Source of the DNA: Felis catus
Lineage: Eukaryota
Assembly: GCF_018350175.1 (NCBI RefSeq)
Contig: NC_058372.1
Span: forward strand, 97,590,001-97,654,000
Length of the DNA stretch: 64,000 bases
Direction: 5' to 3'
This document shows, in pieces, positions 13,610 to 25,745 of the stretch. How positions within the stretch are numbered: the first letter of the stretch is position 1; each line of letters begins with the position of its first letter. The notes beneath the pieces are model-generated. The model was not told where the DNA came from. It was given only the letters and a program-made list of their open reading frames with translations, and ran no database searches. Position numbers and translations under genes: made by a program.

Positions 13610-13830
13610 CCTCTTTTGTGCTTGGCACTTCAGTGAGTACTTTGCATGCGTAATTTCATTTAACCTTCCCGAAGATCCTAGAGTTAGGCAGAGAGGGTAA
13701 TTTTATCCTCATTTTGTGAAAGGGGCATCTGAGGTTCACTCAGTTGCCCAAGGTCATTGGACAAATGTCAGAGCCAGGATTCTAGCTCGGACCTGACTGA
13801 CATCAGAGTCTGTACTCTTCCTTCAACATC
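13610..13830 (-). mobile_element. MIR fragment
   Basis: TTATCCTCATTTTGTGA...TTGCCCAAGGTCA...AGAGCCAGGATTC. Confidence 0.6.
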
Positions 13831-14807
13831 ATGCTGCCCCACCTCCATTAGCCACCTTAAATTGTGTGTGTGAATTATCCACTTTGTAAAGTTCCAGTGG
13901 GGAATACTTGGTCATTTCAGGCAGCTTCTCTTGGACACCTAACCTAATCTGTTCTGGGTCCATGTGTCTTCACAATCAGCTGGCATATATGTAGTGACCA
14001 TGTGCACTTTAATATTAGTAATAAATGTATCTTACAGTAGAAAACTGCCTTTCAGGAGAGCAAGAAAAATAATTACCAGATTCTGATAAGTACAGTCATC
14101 TTTATGCTAATTTCTTCAAGGAGAACCAAGCAAAGAAATCTCATGCTGACTGTGGGCCACAGCCCAGAGTGTGAAATCGAATTCCTTCATACTACCTCCT
14201 TCACACACCTTCTGCACATACCTCCTTGAAGGATTAGGCCACTAAATACCGCTGCAATCACACAGGACACAGGTTTTCCAGATCTCTTCCTATTTAACTC
14301 CATCGAAAGCATCTAAAAGCATTTCTGTCCCAAGCTTGCTTGGGTGTAAATCATTTTGTAAAAGAGAGCATTGACATAAAATGGGATGAAGAGTATTCTT
14401 CTCTCTGCTCTCTCTTCAGACACATTGTGTTAGAGATGCTTTAAGGATTCTCTAAATCTTTGGGGCAGGTTGGAAAAAAAACTGGCATATTTGTCCCTGA
14501 CAGTAAAGTTTCTTCCTAGAAAATGTTTGCTTTCCTATAATTTCCAGTATCTGGATTTCTTAGTAGTGAACTTAAATAACCAGAACTATTCACATGATTT
14601 GGGGTTGAGGTTGTAGTGTAGCTTCGTGGCTCCTTTAGTAAGTGTGATGACAGAATGGCCTGTGCTCTAGCAATAGGACTTTTGGTTGTTAATATTTATC
14701 GTATCAAGTTAACATTAAGGAAAACACATCCTTAGTACTTCAGCCAATTAACAATGGCTTGCCTTATAAAGTATTAGAAAAGTTAATTCTAGTCTTGTCA
14801 CACCATT

Positions 14808-15023
14808 CTTTTTTTTTTTTTTTTTAATGTTTTATTTTATTTTTGAGAGAGACAGAGACAGAATGCAAGTAGGTTAGGGGCAGAGAGAGAGGGAGACACA
14901 GAATCCGAAGAGGCTCCAAGCTGTCAGCACAGAGCCCAATGCAGGGCTCAAACTCACAGAGCTGTGAGATCATGAGCTGAGCCAAAGTCAGACGCTCAAC
15001 CGACTGAGCCACCCAGGCACCCC
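14808..15023 (-). mobile_element. CAN-SINE (SINEC_Fc-like)
   Basis: Poly-T, reverse body; flanking CCATTCTT. Confidence 0.92.
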
Positions 15024-15166
15024 AGCCATTCTTCCTTTACTTCACCTCCCAATCCCCAAACTAATGTAAAATCCTAGAAATATAAACTGTTTTGTATGGT
15101 ATATGAATTAGTGGAAAACTATAGAATATTTTTAATGGCGGTTTTTATAGTTTAAAATACAAGTAG

Positions 15167-15290
15167 GGAGGCACCTGGCTGGCTCAGTTGGAAGAGCATG
15201 CGACTCTTGATTTCCAGGTTGTGAGTTTGAGCCCCACGTTGGGTGAGGAGATTATAAAAAGGATAAATAAACTTTAAAAAAATAAATAAA
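15167..15290 (+). mobile_element. Short CAN-SINE variant
   Basis: GGCACCTGGCTGGCTCAGTTGGAAGAGCATGCGACTCTTGAT head, A-rich tail. Confidence 0.8.
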
Positions 15291-15525
15291 ATACAGTACA
15301 CCGGAAACTAATTTACAGACCATAATATAGAGGTCTTTAGAGAACTTAAATGATAGATCATGAGATTTTACAGTTGGCCTGTTTTTAGAAATCCCACTTC
15401 TCATTTCTGGGACTGACTTGAAGGAGTATCATCCCTTTGAAATCTTACAGAAGTCATATCACCATTAACTTTTGTTATCAGGGAAGGTGTGGGGAAACAT
15501 CATACTCCTGACATTTTATCTGGCA

Positions 15526-15587
15526 TTCACTCATTCATTCATTCATTCATTCATTTATTTATTTATCTACCTACCTACCTACCTACC
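15526..15587. repeat. Compound tetranucleotide microsatellite (TTCA)n(TTTA)n(CTAC)n
   Basis: Read directly. Confidence 0.9.
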
Positions 15588-16329
15588 TTTTCCTGCTTTC
15601 CCAAAATGTAGGTAGAGAAACTACTGATTAGAATCATGACCTGTAGGAAAACCAGAATCTGTTTCTGGAATCCACCTTGTTAGGATGAGGGAGCATTTGA
15701 ACTGGAAATGGACAGAAGGACCATATTTATTGGCCTTTGGATTTTATAAATGAATTATGGATTTTATAAATGGGAAGCTGGCCAGCCTATATGTATAGAG
15801 GCTCCTGAGATAGGGGACTGTCACAATGGTGGTGGCATTGTGTTGTCTTGGTCATATAACCTGAAAAACCTGTCTGAGTGTTGTGTAGGTAATATGCCTA
15901 AGGGCATGCATTCTGCTAGTAATAATCTCTAAAACAAGAGTAGAGCAAAGAGTGGAAACTGAAGCTAGTCACCGATTTAATAAGTCAGGTTTTGTTTCAG
16001 AACCTAAGGACAGTTAACATTGGTTGGTATGGTGACCATTGCCCTCTCCCTAGAAGGAATGCTATCATGGCCTCCTTAGTAAAGAAACACAAACATGGGC
16101 TGTGTGAGCCTTCACTTTCTTGTCAGTTCTTCTGAAAGACTTTCTTTAAAAAAAGGTTTATTTTTAATTTAGGAAAGACCCATCAAATTATTATCCCTAT
16201 TTCATAAACAGAATTACAGTAATAAAGTTGTGCTTTTATATCCTTGTTCTTTATTAAATGTTTCTTTAAAATGTTAACAGAAATAGGTTAAATGATGACT
16301 TCTAAATAATTTGGTGACAAACCTGTGAA

Positions 16330-16540
16330 AGGTTATATAGTAAAAGCATTGGATTTGAGTACGGAAAACAAATTTCACTTTGGGTTATATAGGCAGTGTG
16401 ACCCTGGTGTAAGTTATTTAATATCTCTCAGCCTGAGCCCTCATATAGATGATGAGAGCACTGATACCAACTTTGCAGGTTTATTATAAGGATTAGAGAC
16501 CATGAATTTAAAAGCTATGGCTCAGTAACTGGCAGTGCTC
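16330..16540 (+). mobile_element. MIR fragment
   Basis: TGTGACCCTGGTGTAAGTTATTTAATATCTCTCAGCCT...AGGATTAGAGA. Confidence 0.55.
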
Positions 16541-16883
16541 TAATTAGGCAGGTTCTCATTTCTTCACCCTTAAGATCAGGGCTCTGGGCCCTGACATCTT
16601 GTCCTGTGCTTCTGGTCCTAAATGTGGGTATTCCAGCCCCTTTACCACATATCCTTACAGAAGCTTAATTTCTGTCTCCAAATTTTAGCCAATTGTAGCT
16701 TGAAATTTTGTTAAATTATACATATACATTGTTGAAGTTTAGAGTTGTAGTAATAGATGACTATTAGAAAGTTCATGTAGGGCATTTTGGAATTCTGTAA
16801 AGTGTTCCTTTTTTTTTTTTTTTGTAGTTGGTTTGGAATTGGTGAAAATAAAAATACATTTAAAAAATACTATTCTCTAAGTG

Positions 16884-17088
16884 CTTTTTTTTTTTTAAGT
16901 TTATTTATTTTCAGAGAGAATGCACCCGTGAATGGCGAAGGGGCAGAGAGAGAGGGAGAAAGAAAGAATCCCAAGCAGACTCTGTGCTGATAGCAGCCCA
17001 TGTCGGGGTCAAACTCCGGAACCATGAGATCATGACCTCAGTCGAAATCAAGAGTCTGATGTTACAGACTAAGCCATCCAGGCACACT
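16884..17088 (-). mobile_element. CAN-SINE
   Basis: Poly-T, reverse body; flanking AAGTGCTTTTT. Confidence 0.85.
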
Positions 17089-17435
17089 CCCTCCCCCTCA
17101 AGTGCTTTTTAAAGAGGGGATAACAGGATACTTAAGATTGGTCATTATTAATCCTAGGTGTTATATGAACTCATTCCAAAACCTAGAGCAAAGGGGCCTG
17201 GCCAGGGTTCCACATTGCTCCCATATAGCTTCAGAACCTTCCTGTTTTCACCAAGAAGTTTAAGTTTTTTATTTAATATATCTAGTCATTTGAGTACTCA
17301 GATAGTAGAACCACCTTGCACCTTTTTGAACCCTACAGAGTGAATTTTAAGAACGTGCTTTGAATCTGTTTTATTAAAGGGTTTTACTTTTTAAAGAAAC
17401 ATAATTTCTGAACCATTAGTAGACATGCCATTATT

Positions 17436-17493
17436 TTATTTATTTATTTATTTATTTAATTTTTTAATATGAAATTTATTGTCAAATTGGTTT
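17436..17493 (-). mobile_element. Extremely 5'-truncated feline L1 3' end
   Basis: (TTTA)n tail plus AATATGAAATTTATTGTCAAATTGGTTTCC; TSD CCATTATT. Confidence 0.7.
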
Positions 17494-18379
17494 CCATTAT
17501 TCTTTTAAAAACCAGAAGAGTAAAAGGGAATCAGAGTATATAGTCTCCTGGGCAACATTCGTCTTATCAGATACTCACTATGTTGCCTGTTTTTTTTTCT
17601 CTCAACTGTGTCTTTATGGGCATATCATAGAAATGCCAACTTACGACCCGTGGTTGTTCATGTTCATTGCCCAACCTGAACTTCAGGCCCTCCTTACATA
17701 GGAACACATACATGGGAATCACTGAGTATTTTGAGTTACTTATGGTAAAATCCTGCCCACTTTCTGCGTTCTAAAAACATTCTGGTAGAACACATGTATT
17801 TGTATCTTCTACATAAATACAGTGGTGATTGCCAATTTTTTAAAAACTATGGGAACTTCTAGGATTGTTTGTATTTCATATACTGCACAAGGCAATACTT
17901 TTTGTCTTTAACTTGTGAGTAAAAACTCATCTGTCCTGTAGTTTCTGTTCCAGATGTGGAGAAGACAATCAACTCCTCTCTTTTACTGCACATGAGGCAT
18001 TTTATAGATTAGAATGAGCCCGCATCAGGTGATGAGCTCTCCCCACCATGGACTCTGTGTTTTATAATAGCAATAAGAACACCCTGACTTGGTAGAGTGA
18101 TCAGTTCCTAAAGCATATTACCATATGTCATTCTTACATCATCCCTGTCAGGGAGGGATGGTTTGAATGTTGTTATGGCTATAATGAAGATAGAGAAGTG
18201 AAGTTGTTGCAGACAGATTAATTGATTTGCTCAAGGTCACATGGTTGATCATTGCAGAGATAGGACTGGATCTAGGTCATCCCAGCCAACCAAGCTTATC
18301 TACCAAGCTGAGAGGAAGATCTTGCAAGATGGCTGCAGTTGTTAGGATTTTAAAGATATTTTGCTCTTTTTTTTTAATC

Positions 18380-19030
18380 CTTTAATATGAAATAGTTTTA
18401 AATGTAGAGAAAAGTTGGAAAACTACTGCAGAGTTCTCATATCCCAACATCAAGTTTCCTGTTGTTAACATCTTACCTTAAAGTTTAGTACATTTGCCAC
18501 AACTAATGAACTAATATTAATACCTTATTATGAACTGAAGTCCATACGTTATTCAGATCTCCCTCATTTTTACCTAATGTCCTTTTTCTGTTCCAGCATC
18601 CTGTCCAGGTTGCTACGTTACATTTAATCATCGTTCTTCCTTAGATTCCTTGTGGGTCTGACAGTTGGGAAGAGTATGCAACAGACATTTTTTAAATGTC
18701 CCTTAATTGGTATTTGTCTGATGTTTTTCTCATAGTTAGACTGGGGTGATGGTTTTTAGAAGGAAGACTACAAAAGAGGGTACCATTTTCATCGTATCAT
18801 ATCAAGAGTACATATTATCAACATGACTTAGCCCTATTGATGTTGACCTCGATCACCTGAGATAGTGTTTGTTTCTCTACTGTCAAGTTACTTTTTCCCT
18901 CCTTTCCAGACTGAACTCTTTGGAAGGAAGTTACTATGCTCAGACTGCATTGCCTGGAAGGGAAATATCTATATAAATTACTTGAAATTGTTCTGAATGG
19001 GCAACTTGCCTATTTCTGTCAACTCAGCAA
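18380..19030 (-). mobile_element. Old L1M 3' fragment
   Basis: AAATGTAGAGAAAAGTTG...GTTAACATCTTAC...CTAATGTCCTTTTTCTGTTCCAG typical of reverse L1M 3' UTR. Confidence 0.65.
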
Positions 19031-19048
19031 ATTTTACTCTACCATTTT

Positions 19049-19124
19049 CTTCTTCTTCTTTTTTTTTTTTAATGTTTATTTTGAGAGAGAACAAGAGTGT
19101 GAGCACAGAAGGGGCAGAGGGAGA

Positions 19125-19178
<54 letters not shown>

Positions 19179-19304
19179 CCCAAGCAGGCTCCACACCGTC
19201 AGCTCAGAGCCCGACATGGAGCTCGATCTCATGAACCATGAGATCATGACCTGAGCTGAAATCAAAAGTTGGATGCTTAACCCACGGAGCCACACAAGCA
19301 CCCC
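19049..19304 (-). mobile_element. CAN-SINE with long (GA)n
   Basis: Poly-T, (GA)~23, reverse body; TSD ACCATTTT. Confidence 0.92.
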
Positions 19305-19895
19305 ACCATTTTTTTTTTTTCTTATACCTGGCAGACAGGTATGAAACTATGGCAGGAAGAGATGGAGTTATAGAAAGGATAGGTAACAATTCACACCAGT
19401 TGAGTTTATAGTAGTGATTAAGAAAAGGTAGATGCTGCCTTTATACTAGTGGAGGAGGGAACCATAAGAAAATAGAGTAGCCCCTTGAGTGATTAATTAC
19501 CCTTAGAGAGCCAGGGAGGTTTGTTGCAAAATGGAAGAGTGCTGTGGTAATAAAATTATATAAGTGTGAACTTCAGTGTAGGAAATAGTATTCTAGAAAA
19601 GGACAACAAAACTTAGGAATTTGGGGAAAACAATGTCATTGAGCATATACATTTCCAGCATCTCCTGGATATGAAACCATCTCCCACCTCCTAAATACCA
19701 CAATTGGCCATTTACAATGTTGTCATTGTTCCGAGCTGGGTGGGGAACATATCATACAAATGTTTATCTTTTTTTTTTCTTTTTAATCCTCCAAAAACTA
19801 AGGAGGCTTTTAAAAATAAGTCTGATTAACTACTTCTGGCTGCTTAGTTTTGGTCCATTTTGTCTCATATTCTGCATTTTCCATTCTCTCCACAG

Positions 19896-21296
19896 AACTC
19901 TATTCGGCACAACCTGTCACTGCACAGCCGTTTCATGCGGGTCCAGAATGAGGGGACTGGCAAGAGCTCTTGGTGGATCATCAACCCTGATGGGGGGAAG
20001 AGCGGGAAGGCACCCCGGCGGCGGGCTGTCTCCATGGACAACAGCAACAAGTATACCAAGAGTCGTGGCCGTGCAGCCAAGAAGAAGGCAGCCCTGCAGA
20101 CAGCCCCCGAGTCAGCAGATGACAGTCCGTCCCAGCTCTCTAAGTGGCCTGGCAGCCCCACGTCACGCAGCAGTGATGAGCTGGATGCGTGGACCGACTT
20201 CCGCTCACGCACCAATTCCAATGCCAGCACGGTCAGTGGCCGCCTGTCACCCATCTTGGCAAGCACGGAGTTGGATGACGTCCAGGATGATGATGCACCG
20301 CTCTCCCCCATGCTCTACAGCAGCTCAGCTAGCCTGTCACCCTCTGTAAGTAAGCCATGCACCGTGGAACTACCACGTTTGACCGACATGGCGGGCACCA
20401 TGAATCTGAATGATGGGCTCTCTGACAACCTCATGGATGACCTGCTGGATAACATCACACTCCCATCGTCCCAGCCATCGCCCACCGGAGGGCTCATGCA
20501 GCGGAGCTCTAGCTTCCCATACACCGCCAAGGGCTCCGGCCTGGGCTCTCCAACCAGCTCCTTCAATAGCACGGTGTTTGGACCCTCGTCTCTGAATTCC
20601 CTGCGCCAGTCTCCCATGCAGACCATCCAAGAGAACAAGCCAGCTACCTTCTCTTCCATGTCACACTATGGCAACCAGACACTCCAGGACCTGCTCACTT
20701 CAGACTCACTCAGCCACAGCGATGTCATGATGACCCAGTCAGACCCCTTGATGTCTCAGGCCAGCACCGCTGTGTCTGCCCAGAACTCCCGCCGGAACGT
20801 GATGCTTCGAAATGACCCAATGATGTCCTTTGCTGCCCAGCCTAACCAGGGGAGTTTGGTCAATCAGAACTTGCTCCACCACCAGCACCAAACCCAGGGC
20901 GCTCTCGGTGGCAGCCGTGCCTTGTCGAATTCTGTCAGCAACATGGGCTTGAGCGACTCCAGCAGCCTTGGGTCAGTCAAACACCAGCAGCAATCTCCTG
21001 TCAGCCAGTCTATGCAAACCCTCTCGGACTCTCTCTCAGGCTCCTCCTTGTACTCAGCTAGTGCAAACCTTCCCGTCGTGGGCCACGAGAAGTTCCCCAG
21101 CGACTTGGACCTGGACATGTTCAATGGGAGCTTGGAGTGCGACATGGAGTCCATTATCCGTAGTGAACTCATGGATGCCGATGGGTTGGATTTTAATTTT
21201 GATTCCCTCATCTCCACACAGAATGTTGTTGGTTTGAACGTGGGGAACTTCACTGGTGCTAAGCAGGCCTCATCTCAGAGCTGGGTGCCAGGCTGA
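19896..21296 (+). CDS. FOXO3: Forkhead box protein O3, last coding exon (466 aa, equivalent to human N208-G673)
   Basis: Acceptor TTTTCCATTCTCTCCACAG|AAC; translation [27 protein letters not shown] (forkhead helix 3/wings), AKT sites RRRAVS and RSRTNS, C-terminal transactivation motif [25 protein letters not shown], ends ASSQSWVPG*; upstream coding exon lies outside the window. Confidence 0.98.
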   Translation, partial: NSIRHNLSLHSRFMRVQNEGTGKSSWWIINPDGGKSGKAPRRRAVSMDNSNKYTKSRGRAAKKKAALQTAPESADDSPSQLSKWPGSPTSRSSDELDAWTDFRSRTNSNASTVSGRLSPILASTELDDVQDDDAPLSPMLYSSSASLSPSVSKPCTVELPRLTDMAGTMNLNDGLSDNLMDDLLDNITLPSSQPSPTGGLMQRSSSFPYTAKGSGLGSPTSSFNSTVFGPSSLNSLRQSPMQTIQENKPATFSSMSHYGNQTLQDLLTSDSLSHSDVMMTQSDPLMSQASTAVSAQNSRRNVMLRNDPMMSFAAQPNQGSLVNQNLLHHQHQTQGALGGSRALSNSVSNMGLSDSSSLGSVKHQQQSPVSQSMQTLSDSLSGSSLYSASANLPVVGHEKFPSDLDLDMFNGSLECDMESIIRSELMDADGLDFNFDSLISTQNVVGLNVGNFTGAKQASSQSWVPG

Positions 21297-21331
21297 AGGA
21301 TCACTGAGGAAAGGGGAAGTGGGCAAAGCAG
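21297..21331 (+). other. FOXO3: FOXO3 3'UTR part of the coding exon; splice donor CAG|GTCAGT at 21331/21332
   Basis: Matches recalled FOXO3 mRNA junction GGGCAAAGCAG|ACCCTCAAAC. Confidence 0.9.
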
Positions 21332-21886
21332 GTCAGTGCCCAATGCTATGGCATTTAATAACAAAGTGTGGTTAATTGGGGGGAGGCTGACTTTTATTTA
21401 CTTTGAACTTTACTCCACATTGAGAAATCAAGAACCATGGAGCAGTGGTACACGGAACATGGCTCCCAACCTGTTCACCTCCAAGTCAGGGCCATCAGGT
21501 GCCCCTCTCCGCAGTTTGCTGACAGCTCAGGAATTTTACTGCCAGTAAAAAGAACATACACATATTCAGATATTTCATTCTATTCTTTTTTTCTTTTTTT
21601 GTATCTAGTCATCCTCGCTTACCTATGATACAGGTCTCCCTACTTGATGGATGGATGAGGATAGAATGGAAAGGGGGGAGGAAGGGAGACCTTAGGTCAC
21701 ACAAACTTCAAGGTTAAGGACCCACCCAGAAGACATTCTTAGATGCTCAGGTCCAACACCACCTTTGTCGATCTTCCATGTTTTTCCAGTGAGGTAACAA
21801 TTCACAGGTACTTGTAATTTAACTGTAGAATATATATTCTGGACTCTTTCATGCATGAGTATTTCCACCAAAAGCAAGATCTGTTA

Positions 21887-22112
21887 GGGGCGCCTGAGTG
21901 GCTCAGTCGGTTAAGCATCTGACTTCAGCTCAGGTCATGATCTCACTGAGGTCTGTGAGTTTGAGCCCCATGTCGGGCTCTGTGCTGACAACTCAGAGCC
22001 TGGAGCCTGCTTCGGATTCTGTGTCTCCCTCTCTCTCTCTGCCCCTCCCCTGTTTGCACTCTGTCTCTCTCAAAAATAAACATTAAAAAAAATAAAAAAT
22101 AATAAAAAAAAA
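21887..22112 (+). mobile_element. CAN-SINE (SINEC_Fc-like)
   Basis: Full SINE; TSD CAAGATCTGTTA. Confidence 0.93.
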
Positions 22113-22374
22113 CAAGATCTGTTAGATTCTTCACCATAGGACTAATCATGTTTATGAGTTAGCGTTCAGCATACAAGCATTTAGAGAGCAAAAGATTACA
22201 TTGGAAACCGTTTTTATGTGAATGAGAAAGAGAGCACTTGGTCATGTGCTTCTTGTTCCTCAACGTGTAAGTGAGGTCAGGTTCCTAACAGTGACGTGAG
22301 TTGCAAAAGGGGGAAGAGATTTTTTTAAATTGTGGCTTTTTAATACTGTTGGAACCAGAAGGATCATATAACAT

Positions 22375-22720
22375 GATGTGGTAAGAAAAGCATTTTATTA
22401 AAATCAGAAATCAAGGGTTCAGTTTCACTTCTGCTAGTTTCTGGCCACTATCAGGGGTGTGCCACTTAGCTTCTGAGCCTCAATTTCCACTCTTATAAAA
22501 ATGAGTAGAATAGCCCCTTTGTTACCTCTCACAGGGTTATTCTAAGCATCAAATGCACCAAAGTATATGGAAGTGCTTGTAAAACTGCAGTGGGCTGAAA
22601 TATGTATGGTGTAATTAAGTAAACATACTGATTGATAGAAGAGTAAGCACAGAGCCCAGAAAGGCTAAGTAGTTTGCTGAAGGTCACACAGCTGGACCCA
22701 AAATCCATATTTCCTGAATG
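22375..22720. mobile_element. Two MIR fragments in opposite orientation
   Basis: CTGAGCCTCAATTTCC...ATAAAATGAG followed by AAGTAGTTTGCTGAAGGTCACACAGC. Confidence 0.5.
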
Positions 22721-25560
22721 GCTTGAACCATGATAGTTTTCCCTAATTTTCTCTAAGTAGAAAAAAATAGGAAGTGCTCTGAACTGAAGCCAGCATAGCA
22801 GAAATACACAAGCTTGCCCCAAAACTCTCCTTAAGAAGTAACATGAGCACTGGGGTATTCTGCTGACAGGTTTGTGCCTCCAGACCCTACCCATGTTCAA
22901 GAGCTCTGTCTGTTCTGTGCCCCAGCTCCTCTTTTTAAAAAACCTCAGTAAGCTCCTTACACCCTTCTTTACATGGTGTAAAAGGGAAATGCGATTCAAA
23001 GCCATAAAAACCCGGAGCCTTGTTTAACCCTCTGCCCTGGTGAAGGAATTACAAGGGTCCCCTATGGTGAACCTCACTGCAGCTCACGAGGTAGTTGTAG
23101 AAAGGGGAGTGTCAAGAGTGTTGCGGTGCTGCAGCTTCTCAGCTTTCCCAGGCATAAGCGGGCCCCTAATGGGACTCAGACATCTGTTTTCAGTCATTTA
23201 ATAGCCCTTGAGATGGTAAAAAGACTGTAATGGAAGCTAAATAGGGTGACACACTTGCATGCCAGCCAGTTCAGTACCAGAACTCAGACTGTGAAGATTT
23301 TGCCTTGAGAAATAGAGACATTTGGCTTTTAGAAGAATAGATAGTTTGTTTTTCTTTAAGAAGTGGAATGTGATTGTGGCTTCTAATGACACAAGTAAAT
23401 TTTAATTTTGGTAGGGTTGTAAAGGAGACCCACTTTCTAATTTGTTGAAAAGAGTTCAGGAGAAAATGTAGTATCAATTTTTGTGTAATTTTTCAAGTGT
23501 AGGTTTTCTTTTTAGTTGAATAGCAGACCTTTCTTGTATATGTATAATTCTAAAAGATTGTATAAAAATATTTTAAGGGAGATTTAAATACTTACATTTT
23601 AAAAATATGTTTAATGAATTATTATTTGAATAATAAATAACCACTTTTGGGATAATGCATTTTATTATGCCCTAATGGAGCTTTAGGATCATTTAGTCAC
23701 CTTTTTCTCACAACATTTTGGGGAGTTTCTTTTGAGAAGATATTTCTTCATTTAAAAATGAAAAGCCACCAAAAATGTCCTGAAAGTAAACTAGCTCAAT
23801 GTGATCAGAGCAAGAGAAAAAGCATCCTAAAGACGATGGGGTCTTTGAGGGAGTCTGGTTTCTAGGTGTAGGATTTCCATATTGCTTTGGAATGAATTGT
23901 TCTTCTAAACTGCCAGGAGCACATGTGACCTGGAGTATATTTACCTTTAAACTTATCTTGTGTCTATCACTTTATTGAAGACTCTTAAATTCACAGAACA
24001 GGCCTGAAGTCACAACCTCAGACCTCTCTTCTCCCAAATGAAGTACCCCAGCTTCCCAAGAGTTGTTCTAGAATAGCTTTCTTGGTTTGGCTTTTTTTTT
24101 TTTTTTTTTTAAACAAGTCGCCATGGTGTTCTCCAAACTCCTTTCCTGCCTAAACTGAGGGTCACATGGCCCTAAATTGCAGTTGTGTAGTTGTGGAGTA
24201 AACGGAACGTCTCTGTCCAGTTGACAGTCCTTCTGGAGAGCCGTGGAGAGGTGCTTCTTTGGAGGGCTGGGTGTTTCACACACACGTCATTCATCTTAGA
24301 CTATGTGTAAAATCCTTTGATCTGTGGGTCTATCTGGAAAAGAAAAAAGAACGATACCTTTTTACGAGTGCCAGCTACTGGGATGTGAAGGGCACTTTCT
24401 TCTCTATAAAGCGTGGTGCACATACTTTGAAATTGGCAGTGGAGTTGTCTGTGAGCTAGTGTGGTGGTTGCAACGCTGAGCTTCTATGGAGCCCTCCTGT
24501 ATCTGACGTGGGTCTCCTCTCAGTGGGAAAGCAGCCTTGACCTCACTGTAGTTTTGAGGTCAAAAGATGCCTAAGTTCACAAGCTCCTTCATTCATCTTC
24601 ACCTTTTGACATTTGGAGACCCCATTAGGGAACAGCCCAGTATTTAGTTTTAAACTACTTGGAGATAAAGAATGGAAAACATCAAGAAAGAATGTTTCCG
24701 CATTCTAATATTCTTTCCACAAAGTGGCCCTAGTAAGAGATACGTGATGATCCAGAACTAAAAAGAAACAGTGGTATACTCGTGTGAAAACAGCAGGATC
24801 TAGTGCTGGAGGCCATTTAGAATTTATATTTAGGCTGCTTTCCAAAAGGAGCAAATCTTTGATACTTGTTGAACTAATATTTGAATGCTGTGATCTGTTA
24901 CATATTCATGTTGGGGAATAGAACTAATTCTGACCAAATACAGACAATGTAGGCTATTTATGTCATGATCTTTTTCTTGATGTAGATATTTCTGTGTTAG
25001 GCAGTATAATGTATGATAAATATGAATCTGTAGGTATTGCATGGAGAATATACCCTGTTACTTGCACTTGTGACTGTAGTCTACTCTTTGGTTACAATAT
25101 GCCAGCCTCAAGAATTCTTCATCTGCAGGGATCTTTATTCTTACCTTTAAAAGAGCCTGCAGTCTGAACTGTCATTCATTGAGAGAATGGCTGTCTGGAT
25201 CCTTTTAGCGTTGACAACAGTAAAGGAAAATTGACATAGCTGTGAAAAGGGGTTTTCTGTGCAGAGGCTGGTATACTCCTTACATACATTCTTTTCTCTG
25301 GCAAGCTGTGATACCCAGCACTGAGGCTGCTCTTCCTGGGCAAAGGGACAGAGCCTGAATGACTCTCACTTTAAGCAGTTGCATTTATAAATGGCTTTCT
25401 GGACGGTCTCTTTGGCCACAGAGCTTATGTGGAGCATGAATAAATGGGGTGAAAATCACCTGAATTACTACTGGAAATTCTTGTAAACTTTAAGCTCCCA
25501 CTAAATGCTTCTTTTTCCAGGGTTCATAATGCTCAATACTCAATATCTTATAAAGTTTCA

Positions 25561-25745
25561 GGGTGCCTGGGTGACTCAGTCGGTTTAACATCTGTCCCTT
25601 GATTTCGGCCAGGTCATGATCTCATGGTTTGTGGGATTGAGTCCTACGTTGGACTCTACGCTGACGGCACAGAACTTGCTTGAGATTCATATTCTCTCTC
25701 TCTCTCTGTCTCTCTCTCTCTCAAAATACATAAATTAAAAAAATA
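25561..25745 (+). mobile_element. CAN-SINE
   Basis: GGGTGCCTGGGTGACTCAGTCGG head, (CT)n, A tail. Confidence 0.88.

Noticed and set aside
18936..19301. RERERE/LSLSLS ORFs and other SINE-derived ORFs (MAQSVK..., MISRF...)
   Set aside because: Translations of SINE bodies and (GA)n tracts
19860..19895. N-terminal 12 residues of the 478-aa ORF call
   Set aside because: Intronic polypyrimidine tract read through from a TTG; the true exon starts at 19896
19717..20349. 210-aa +1-frame ORF as a stand-alone gene
   Set aside because: First 60 codons are intronic low-complexity sequence; only the exonic part is considered, conditionally, under findings
19865..21253. Antisense ORFs of 86-148 aa over the FOXO3 exon
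   Set aside because: Expected shadow ORFs of GC-rich coding sequence; no recognisable protein
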